A DNA stretch of 63,341 bases, counting the filler, from Folioceros fuciformis (Eukaryota), in the NCBI GenBank assembly GCA_049999805.1. It is 14 parts of 14 records of this genome, joined end to end, with 100 filler letters (N's around TTAATTAATTAA, not from the genome) between each part and the next. Parts side by side here need not be neighbours in the genome. Positions count along the whole stretch, not along the records: positions 33,697 to 38,863 come from JBNGIO010002721.1; positions 38,964 to 45,337 come from JBNGIO010002722.1; positions 45,438 to 55,269 come from JBNGIO010002723.1; 11 more parts are not named here. One strand, 5' to 3'. The translations under genes were made by a program, and so were the position numbers. Numbering within the stretch: the stretch's first letter is position 1; each line of letters opens with the position of its first letter. Below the pieces are notes generated by a model. It did no database searches. It was not told where the DNA came from and saw only the letters and a program-made list of their open reading frames with translations. Shown piece after piece: positions 38,001 to 48,122 of the stretch.

Positions 38001-38863
38001 GTTGTGCTGGCCGCCTCCTCCTTGCAAAGACCCAGGGTTCGTAAACCCTAAACCCTAAACCCAGGGTTGGCACGTCCCTTGTCCTCAGTCCATAGCGTGG
38101 ACTACCTCCCTCCTCGTTAGAGGGCATTGCCCATGTAGATAGCACGCCAGAGATCAGCCACCAGCAAGGTAAGCAAGTGCTGCAAGGCAGCCTCCGAGAA
38201 AGGAAAAAACCCAAGCCACAGAATGAATGTGAAACGCAAAATTCTTGAACACACCAACGCTGCAACTCTGATCCTTCTCCTCAGTAAGCAAAAGGGACCT
38301 GGAATATCACTATCCTAGCACCTATGCTGCAACAAGGGAAGTGATGGTTGCAAATAGCCAATTTCCCCAACTGAACCCTAAGTGCCCAACCTCTCTAAGG
38401 CATTCAGTCCTTGGATTGCACTTGGAAGTAGACAAAAATGGTACCAACAGATTTGTCTCAACAAGGCAAACACTTTGGTATGAAAATTGGCGGCAACCAA
38501 CCTATGGGGCGATCACTATGAACGCTGGAAGACTTGGGCAGCTTGCTGCAAATGAAATGCAGCTGCTTCTGCGGCACAATCAGGGCGTGTGGGGGATGCT
38601 GCCTTGCTAGAGTTGCACGGCCGCCTCCACCAGCTCACTCACCCTTGGATAAATGACCTCCAGACACTAAGCAAACTCGGCAGAGACCTCACTCACATAC
38701 GAGGACTCAAAAATTCTGGCTGAGGGACTCACTCACACGTGAGCTCCAGCAATTGAAAGCAATTGTCGAAGTAGACATGCCAGCAGCGCTCACGTGTGTT
38801 GTGGCGCACTTCGGTGCAAATACGAATCAAAAGGGCTGCCCTCCACGGGCTGCCTGGAGTTGG
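34634..38863 (-). mobile_element. DNMT-carrying Ty3/gypsy retrotransposon, copy 1 (leader, gag from ATG 38127, Zn knuckles, protease, DNMT N-half)
   Basis: gag RHEKFSGRP..LRDF..RVKFKH, CNYCGNPEH/CTHC*NNGH..C, and protease VLLDTGAQPVIIG in frame with the DNMT. Collinear with copy 2, including the non-coding leader (38270-38640 vs 40080-40440). Confidence 0.9.
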
Positions 38864-39699
38864 NNNNNNNNNNNNNNNNNNNNNNNNNNNNNNNNNNNNN
38901 NNNNNNNTTAATTAATTAANNNNNNNNNNNNNNNNNNNNNNNNNNNNNNNNNNNNNNNNNNNNGCCTCCTATGTGTAATAAACTAGCTCAAATTTGGTTT
39001 TGAAGCATTTAATCCTAAGGATTATTTTTAAAAAAATTTAAATTTATGTATATCATATAACAATAATTTTAAACCTTGTTTCTAGTATGTCATGTATTAG
39101 CTATCTCAGATGTCATATGATAGCAACTTTGAGTCAAACCCCACTGCAACATTTACTTAAATTTGTTCAGGAGGATGAGAACCTAAATTGGCCAAAGGCC
39201 GATAAGGGCCCAAGTTGTTCTTTCTGTTGGGAAGATTGTCTTTCAAGTTTTACTAACTATTAAGGTCCTATTTGTATTTTACTTGTTATCAGATATTTTA
39301 GAGGTCCTTAATTTTTTCAACATTAATTTTCAACGTGATTATCTTGAGTGAGTGAGCATACCTCTTTTCATAGATTCTCTTCTTTGAACAAGTGAAAAAG
39401 ATGTATAAAGTTGATAAGGTAAGTATAGGGAGTAGAAAACTTTTGTCATGAAGGTGTCCGCCGATTAGGTAAGAAACCCTCATCCAATGTTGTTTAGAAT
39501 AGAATAGCACACATATGTCTTAAGTAAACCAATGCTAGGATAAAAATGAACCTAGCTTAGCTAGATATTTTGCAAACTAGCTTAGAAATAGCTAGATGTT
39601 TCTAGGCAAGTTGAGTCGGAACACATGTTGGGTATTTCCCACCATGTTGGTGTAACCTTGCTGCCCAACATGGGAAAAAAAGCAAAACTTAGGGTACAG

Positions 39700-42600
39700 T
39701 AGCAAGGCATCATGGAAGGAGCAGCGCTAATGCAAGAGCGTGAAGCCAACTCAGCTGGACGCTATATCGTGAAGATGGCTGGTGCTAGGCAAAAGGGGCA
39801 GCCAAGGCAGAAGTTGGTAGTTGTTCAAGTTGTACCGAGCAGCGTTATAACTTGGGGAAGGCAGCTCAAACCTTATTTTTGTGTTCTCTGGAATTGAGAG
39901 CTAGGATGAAGAACGTTTTCAGTGCCTTTGATTCTTGTGTTGCAGTTCATGGCATAACTTACTGACTCACCAAGCTGCGTGTGTCACGCAACTCCTTTCA
40001 AACCCAGATTGCTGCAAGTCTTCGCTGCAATCTCTTCACTTCAACAACTTTTTCAATTTGGAACAAGCATGCAAGATGTGGGAGCAAATGAGCTGGGTGG
40101 AGGCGGCCACGCAACTATAGCAAGGCAGCATCGCCCACTCGCCCTAATCGTGCTAGCAGCAGTTCAACTCCAGCAAGCTTTCCCAAACCTTCCAGAGTTC
40201 ATAGCGTCCGTTACATAGATTGGTTGCTTTTAACTCACATACCAGATTCTTTGCCTCACTGAGACAAATCCATTGGTATGATTTTTGTTCAATTCAAAGT
40301 GAAATCTAGGGACTTAATGCCTTGGAGGAGTTGGTCACCTAAGGTTTCAATTGGGGAATGTTGGCTATTTGCAGCCAACACTCCTCTTGTTGTAGCATAC
40401 GGGCTAGGGCTCTTGTGGACATTTCAGGTCTTTCATTACATATAGCTTAGCTTTTAAACCAGCTCCCTACAAGTCTCTTTTTGCAGCTGTGACTTTGGCA
40501 TTTCACAGTTCTGGACTAGTTTGGTTTTCTAGCTTTAGCAGCAAGCTTGACTACAGTACTGGCTTGCCTTCTTTTCCTCTTCCAGCCTAGCTAGCTAACT
40601 TGTTGTTTGCTGTGCATGTTCATGGGGGAATGCAACCTAAGGAGCATGGGACCAGTCCTCGTTATAGACTGAGATCTCGTGACATCCTTGGACAAAGCAC
40701 CCCACCTAGACGTGCATACACACAACAGAGGAGGCAGCCAAGAGGCAAGAGCAAGCTCAGGAGTTTGTGGAAGTCAGCTTTAACCCCGACACTGCACCTT
40801 CAACAGCAAGGCCAGCAACCAGCTGGTCCCCATTTACAAGTTTCCTCATCTCTGAGCCTTCAACTTTGGAGGGAGAGCAGGCTCCATTTTAGAGCCAGCT
40901 ACCTGAGGAGGAGACATAGGGAGAGTTCTTGCTATAGCAGTCCTTGGGCCATACACCCTTGGAGCAGCCCCCCTTGCCAACTTGGGGTGGGCAGCCTTCA
41001 GTTCACTCAGGCCTTAGATTTCCTCATCCAGGACAACCATACATCAGCTAGTCACGTGTTGAGTATTCTGAAGACTCAGACGACATGGAGGGGGGAGCAA
41101 CTTACAGGCATGAGAGACTTTCAGGGAGGCCAAGTACACAGCCCCTACGGGACTTCAAGTTGTTTGTCAATGGCATGATCAGTCGGGTCAAGTTTAAACA
41201 TGGTGCTGCGTACAGCCACCTCTACATGTTTGAACAATTGGTTGGGTATCTAGCAAACGAGGCCCTAGACTTGTATGAGGTGCACCAAGCTGAGCTCACA
41301 GCAACGGTGGCTACACCTAACCCCTTGTTCTAGAATGCCTTGCAGCTGGCTTACAATGCTAAGCTAGCTAATGCAATTAATGCTCACCAGGCTGGTATTG
41401 CTGTTGGGAGCATTGCAGCCACAATGCAACCACCAACAGTGGTCAGCCTAACAACAGCAGAAATGATTGCAGCTACTGCAAGTGTGGATGCTGACATCCT
41501 CACACCCAAGCATGCTAACCCAGTGGAAGACATTTTGGGGATTTTGGAAAAGGCTTTTCCCCTCAAGACACCTGAGAAGATTGCAGAGTTGGCAAGTTTT
41601 GCGCACAAGAAAGAAATAACTGTTCAGATGACCTTCCGTCGACTACAAAAATTGCGAGAGGGTACAGGAATGCTAACAGACTAGGAGGCAGCACAAAAAT
41701 TCCTCACAGCTCTAGAAGGTGATCCACTTTTCCACTTGTAGCTCGTCACATCCCTTGTGGATAAGTATGGAGACAGTTATACTTTGGAGCAGGTGCATGA
41801 GGAGGCGGAGAAGAAGGAGATTGCATTCTCAGCATATGCCTCAAGGCATTCCAAGGCCTTCACGCATTATCAAACCATGTTCTCTAGAAAGAACATAGCT
41901 GCTGGGGCATCCTAGTCTACTTAAGCCAAGCCAGCCAAAGCAGGAGCTGCAGCAACCTTGGAGGCTTTGTGCAATCGCTGTGGCAGTCTAGAGCACATGG
42001 CTCCGGCCTGCAAGTGCCCTCCTAAAGGATTGCTTTGTTCTCATTGCCACAAGCCTGGACATCTTGTGACTGTATGCTTCCAGAAGCATCCGAAGCGAAG
42101 GCAACAGCGAGGGGGCACCACAAATGTTGCAGGGACAGCTCCCACTTCCACTGATTCAAGCCCTTTGGCTACAGGCAATTTAGGAGTCTCATGCAGCAAA
42201 CAGCAGCGAGAGAAGGCCAAGGCCAAGGTGGCTACTAATGCAGACAAGCTCACTTCACTGGAAGCAACCGTGGCTGCTCTTGCCACATAGGTGGGGGCAC
42301 TCTCAACTAGTATCTCTAGCAGCGTAGCTACTTCCAAGCCAGCTGGGACAGCCAGATTGGTGGCATCACCAATAGAGGATGATGAGGGCTATGGGCTACC
42401 GCATGAGGCCTGGAATGAGGCCCAGCGCTTGGAATATGCGCCGTTGTTTTCAGTTCAAGACATGGGCATCAATCCTGGGCAGTTGAGCTAGGCCTTGAGG
42501 AGTGGAGAATCAATAGCATTTGTCACAATGACAACTGGAACATCTGATAGTGAACTGGCTGTAGGTTTGCCAACAACCTCAGCCACATACATGTCATTTT

Positions 42601-45337
42601 CAGCAGTGGACAAGGCTCCACAATGGGACATGGGATCTATGCTAGGGGTATACACCTCTCAACGTGCCACGTCCATGCCAAGTTGCCCTTGTGTGCAGCC
42701 TACCAACCGCATGAAGGTGCGTGTCGACAATACCATGGTGGATAACCGAGAGGGGCATGTCACTGTCAACGGATATGCACCAAAGATGGTCCTTTTGGAT
42801 ATTGGGCGCAACCCATCATCATCTGCAAGGCTGCGACTAGGTGGAGATGCTCTCAAAGCATCACCGTGGAACATCAGGACAACATTTGGGTCAATTGAGC
42901 CTGTTTGTGGAGAGACTGTACAGCCAGTTACCATAACGTTGAAGCCCGGCACAGCCCCCTCCATGGCGCTTGCCTTGCATTGTCTAGTGACCACGGCCAC
43001 AAATTATGATGTGCTTCTTGGGCAGGAGTTCCTCTTTCCTCTAGGCATAGGCGCGGACAACTGGTCCGAGCTCGCCTACTAGAGGCCTGATTGGAGGAAC
43101 GGAGGTCAGCAGGTGGCCTACTTGCCTCTTGATCTCCATGGAGCCAGTAAGGTGGACACTGCCACGTTGATTGCTCCACTGGTGCTTGCATGCATCTTGA
43201 TTCTTGACACCAGGCAGGTAGACACTTGGCTGGATACCAATCTTGATGACGAGGATGGAATGATGGACCAGTCAAGATAGTCATTAGTAGCAACCTCATG
43301 CTTGAGGGATGTGTTGTTGAAAAATGACACGGGTGACCCATCTGTAGACGTTTTGCATGTGGCCACCCCACATGTGCAATTGGCCCTTTAAAGGATGTAG
43401 CCACCTCCTGCACCAGATGAGCAACCAACGCTCAGCGATGTCAATCAGCCCATCATAGCATGGACACCCTCTGCACCTAGCTTAACAGTTCTGGAACTGT
43501 TTGGGGGCCTATGCACTGGATTGGAAGCCATGCTGCAGAATGGGCTGGTTGTGGCCCAATACATTTATTGTGACAAGTGTCCCATAGCCAGGAAGCTAGC
43601 TGCCTTTTGAAATCAGGGACTTCAATCCCAATTTCCAGCATAGCTGCCACTCATTGCCATGGCTGCCATGTTTATAGCCCTTCCACAGGATGTCCAGTAC
43701 ATCCAGGTTGGGCACATTCAGCGCCTACCACCCATAGACATCGTAGTGGTTGGTTGGGAATGCCAAGGGTTTTCCTCAGCTGGCACTGGAGCAAGTTTGT
43801 AAGATACATGCTCTGCTCTTTTCTGGGATATGTGACGCATCTTTGTGTGGATTCAGGCCCGCAACCCTACCTGTGCTTACATTTTGGAGAACACTCCAGC
43901 CCAGCTGGATTCTCGACTACAGGTTCGACAGGACATGGCTGTGATCCAGCAGCATGTGGGAGTTCCTTTGTTACTTGATGTTGTACAGGTGGGCAGTTAC
44001 GCACATCGCTTGCATAATTTTTGGACCAACCTTGCGCCCCAACCCTTGTTAGAATTGGTGTTGGCTGGTACCACTCGAGACCCATCCTTGAGCCTGGTCA
44101 CAGTCCTCGACAGCAATCACCAGCCTCAGCCTGTCCGTGCTGCAAAGAGGAAGCCTTGGTACAACACCAATGTCCCAAAACAGCCACGCAGTACCCTTCC
44201 TACGTTGGTGAGCTATCCCAGCTCTCATGCATATAGAGGGCAGGGAGCTGGCATGTTGTTGAACACTGACACACAGCAGTGGGAGGAACCCAATGTGGAC
44301 GAACGGGAGCGAGTGATGGGTTTTCACACCCATTCTACAGCAGCACTGCAAGTCAAAGTTCAGCAGTGGTGCTCAGCCTTGGGCTGTGCTATGGAACTTC
44401 ACGCAGTGACATGGCTGGTCAGCATCTGCCTGGCATTTCAACTTATGTCTCGTACAGGTCCTCGCCAGGTCCCCCATTTCTCCCACACTTGTGCTGCAGA
44501 TGTTGTTCATCTCCCATTCCCTAGCTACACTACATGGTCATACTAGCTTGATGCTGGGGGGGGGAACATCTGGCCTGGGCTAAGAAGCCTGTTTTTTCAG
44601 CCTCAAGTCCAGGGGGGGACTGTGCATGGATTGCTGGAGCTGAGCACAAGCCACGTCCTTCCGCTGAGAACTTTCTCTGGACAATGGAACCCAAGCTCAC
44701 AAGCAAGCAGTAGGCTCAGGTTTGCAGTTTGTTGCTGAAATACAAGGATTGTTTCGCCTTCTCCATGAAGGAATTGAAACTTTGCAATGTGACTGTCTTC
44801 CGCATCAAGTTGACCAGTGATGAGCCCATCTATAGGCGATGTTACAGGCTCAGCCAAATAGAGTGGGAGATGGTGGACGCACGATGCCAGGAATTGCTGG
44901 AGGCTGGGCTTATCCGTCTCTCATTGTGCCAAAGGGGGTTATGCCACATCCAGCCAAGGTGGGTATACATCCAAAGTTTCAGCCGAATTGCAAAGCCACT
45001 GAATGATCTACTGCGCAAGGATGTGCAATGGAGTTGGACAGCTGCTGCAAAGGAGGCTTTTGACATGCTCAAGGCTTAGCTAACCGCGGCTCCCGTGATG
45101 GCCAGACCTGATTTTTCCAAGGCCTTTGTGGTGCACACAAATTGGAGTGTGCTGGGTCTTGGGGCTGTCCTCGCACAGCTAGATGAAGAGGGACGCGAGC
45201 GCGTCATAGCTTACGCCTCTCGCAGTAATAACCGTGCGGAGGCCAACTACAGCAGTTACCATGGGGAATGCTTAGCGGCCGTGTGGGCTGTTTGCCATTT
45301 CCGCCCATATCTGTTTGGGAAGCCCTTTACATTGGTG
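39700..45337 (+). mobile_element. DNMT-carrying Ty3/gypsy retrotransposon, copy 2 (gag-PR-DNMT-partial RT-RNase H)
   Basis: gag (from 41085), knuckles, protease (VLLDIG..YDVLLGQEFL) and DNMT share one frame. RT start KYKDCFAFSMKEL..EPIYRR.YRLS follows, with the RT core deleted, then FSRIAKPLNDLLRK and RNase H VHTNWS..GAVLAQ..IAYASRSNN.AE.NYSSY.GECLAAVWAV.HFRPYL. Left boundary approximate. Confidence 0.92.
43482..44430 (+). pseudogene. Full-length C5-cytosine DNA methyltransferase domain (DNMT3-like) with 4 in-frame stops
   Basis: LTVLELFGGLCTGLEAM (I), IDIVVVGWECQGFSSAG (IV), ILENT (VI), SYAHRLHNFWTNL (VIII, compare DNMT3 AAHRARYFWGNL), ERERVMGF..HST (IX), ALGCAM (X). Stops at 43608, 43641, 43800 and 43833; no frameshift. 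Confidence 0.92.
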
Positions 45338-45437
45338 NNNNNNNNNNNNNNNNNNNNNNNNNNNNNNNNNNNNNNNNNNNNTTAATTAATTAANNNNNNN
45401 NNNNNNNNNNNNNNNNNNNNNNNNNNNNNNNNNNNNN

Positions 45438-47770
45438 ACGAAAGGCGAAGGGTTGTGATGGGAGGAAGGGCCAATCTTTTTTGCTTGACTTGCGGTCAAC
45501 AGGGTCATTCGAGGGCAAGTTGCCCGCAAGTGAAGGTGCAAATTGTGGAATATGAAGAGGAGGGGGGGAAAGCTTACCTAGAGGATGCCTACCAAATTCA
45601 GGAAGCAATGCCTATGCTAGGATATCCCAAGACAGCTTACCACTCGCATTTGTGCAACAATGCGCTTGGGAGAGGCCAAGCCGTCAGGAACCCCGGACAG
45701 TTGACAACGATCCAGTGTTATCATTGTCGAGGAATAGGTCACTTTGCGAGCAACTGTTCTTCGACGACACGCGAAGGGAATGGGGACTATGAGAGGTTGT
45801 GTACTAACTACAAACAAATGGGGCATGTGGCTTGGAGCGTTCCATATGCTACCCCAAAGAAACATGTGAGGATTGCTTCCACACCAGCAGCTATGATCCG
45901 GCCTCGGGACCAAGTGCCCCACTCGTTGCACAAGTGACAGACGCATTAATGGCTGTATGGGAGGATGCAAAGGGACACATGCTAAGGGAATTGGAAGGCT
46001 TGGGCAGTCTGAACAAAAAATATTATGAAGAGACCCCTGCCATGGCCGTCCGAACTCGAGGGCGAGTAAAGGCAGTAAAGAGCAGCGATCAACCTGCGCA
46101 AGGGAAGCGAGGAGGAAGGGATAGGCCTGTTTCCTCCAATGCGGAGGACACCTCTGGAGATCAGGCCACCAAAGTGAGTGGTAAAGAGCAGATGTTGCCA
46201 ACCGTAAATATACCGGAGGAACTCCCGAGAAGTCCGGGAGAAAAGGAAACGAGAGGTAGCCGGTCTGAGGAGCTGGCGATGCGCGCTGGGGAGGCACGAC
46301 AATCCATGGGTGAGCCGAGCCAAGGGGCGGGGGCAGTAGAGGAGGCCCTGCGTCTGGACAAAAGGAGGGAGTTGGGGTTCCCCCCGGATGTTCGCTAGGA
46401 GGTGGCTGAAATGATTCGAGAAGAATTAGAACAAACCGCGGAAACCATGGCCGCAACGAGTGAGGGCCAATCCAAGCTCACGGCTGCAGGAAAGCAGGAT
46501 GAGCCGATGAACGCAAATTGCCGACTCATAGCATAGGTTCAGAAGGGGAGACCGCGAGTGCTGGATCTGGTAGAAGCCATCATGGATCAGAAATTCATGG
46601 TAACCTTCGGCCAATTGCTTAGGGATATGCCACGATATCGACAGTAGCTGTGGCAGCACTAAAGTTGGCACAACCTAAGAGGAAGCCGAGTCTACCAAGG
46701 GTGAGGCCGAGGTTCCATGCTGTAAATTTGGTGACAATGGCGGATCAGGGGCCAGCGGAGTTGCAAATCGAAATTGCGGGGGGTGTGATTAAAAAGGTAC
46801 CTCTCGACACAAGATTTGGAGTGAACATTATGATTGAAGACACAGCTCGGAAGCTGGGATTAGAAATTGAGCACATGGCCAAGGTTTTGCAGCTGGCAGA
46901 TATGTCGAAGATGGCGGCAATTGGAGAAATTCTCGGAGTTCTGACCCACATTGGCACCATCCCATACCTTATGGATTATGTGGTAATTAAGTAGAAGGCT
47001 CCGGGTTATGAGGTGGTGATTGGAAGGACTTAGATGTATGGTGCTCGGTGTACTTTTAGATGGGGGTGGAAGAAGGTAGGTGAAACTCCATATGAAACGG
47101 ATGGGTATACTTCAGCTGAGGATACAGAAGGGCAGGCAGATGAGGATGAGAGATTCCTGTTTGCACATATCTTCTGGTCGGAGGAGGAAAAGGATTTTCA
47201 GCGACAGCTGCCCCTGGTCAGTTGTTACAGGGTCATAGAGGCCGTAGAGGACATGGAGATGGAATTGGAGGAAGCCACTCCGACCACTCAGTAGTCCAAG
47301 GGGAACGCGAGGTAGCTCCAGGGGCTACCGAGGCAGTCGAACCAACAAAGGCTGAGGAGGAGGAATTGGGTGCGACGCGCCTAAGGGTCGGGAGGACGTC
47401 ACAAGGATAACCTCTAAGGAACTATTCCGCGAATGGGGAATGAGGGAGGCAGCACCTCGAAGGCCTGAAGAAGGGTTTGGCATCACCTCAACACCGGTAG
47501 AACGTGAATGGGTGCAAGCGGATGAGATTAAGGATGTGGAGGTCCTGCTAGGAAAAGACCAGATGGGAGACAACGCTTGTGGGTGACGGGGGAGAAAATG
47601 GAGCGGGTGCTGAAGGGACTGCACGAAGGGGAGGCCGGTGGCCATTTCGCTGCACACATCACCTGTAGGAAAATCTTGGAGGCAGGATACTGGTGGCCTG
47701 CAATGCACAAGGACACAGCCGAGTATGTCAAAAAATGTGACGCGTGCTAGCGGGTAGGGAAGCCCACCCC
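45438..47770 (+). mobile_element. gag-pol: Athila-like gypsy, internally deleted: gag (3 Zn knuckles), protease, then integrase HHCC
   Basis: CLTCGQQGHSRASC, CYHCRGIGHFASNC, CTNYKQMGH, VPLDTRFGVNIM. Jumps at ~47557 to PDGRQRLW..GHFAAHITCRKILEAGYWWP..CDAC. Confidence 0.88.
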
Positions 47771-47799
47771 TGGCGGCGGTGCAGGTGGGCTCCGCTGCA

Positions 47800-48111
47800 G
47801 GGAATCCCTCTCCTCCCTCCGTCGCCGATTACTGAGGATGAGGACCGGCTCTCGTTCACCCCACTGATGTGCCTCCTCCTCCGTCAGTTCCTCTAGGACT
47901 GCCTCGGAATAGCAATGAGGCAGCCCTCATACCCGCCAGGGTAGTAGTAGATGCCCCTGCAGGTCTTCAGTTGCAGGCCGTAGCCCCGCGTCCCTCCTGT
48001 GCCTATACGTACATACAAAAACAGCTTCAAAACTCGGGGTCCTTCCACATAGAGGCCTGGCACATAAGAGGCCTCCCCCTCATACTGCAGCATAACCTGA
48101 CCCTCTGTCAT
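47800..48111 (-). pseudogene. Small unknown ORF2 downstream of the accessory ORF
   Basis: MTEGQVMLQYE.EASYVPGLYVEGPRVLKLFLYVR..GGTRGY.LQL..GLPHCY.EAVLEELTE. Second copy at 54985-55269. Confidence 0.6.
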
Positions 48112-48122
48112 AAAGGAGGTGC

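Noticed and set aside
39651-40215. TGTAAC...GTTACA as the 5' LTR of DNMT-gypsy copy 2
   Set aside because: GTTACA is not conserved in the homologous part of copy 1, there is no clear PBS, and there is no second LTR to compare.
43482-44430. Host DRM/DNMT3 gene or bacterial restriction-modification contaminant
   Set aside because: Intronless, in frame with gag and protease, followed by RT/RNase H, with the same PR-DNMT junction in two copies. Motif order is not permuted as in DRM.
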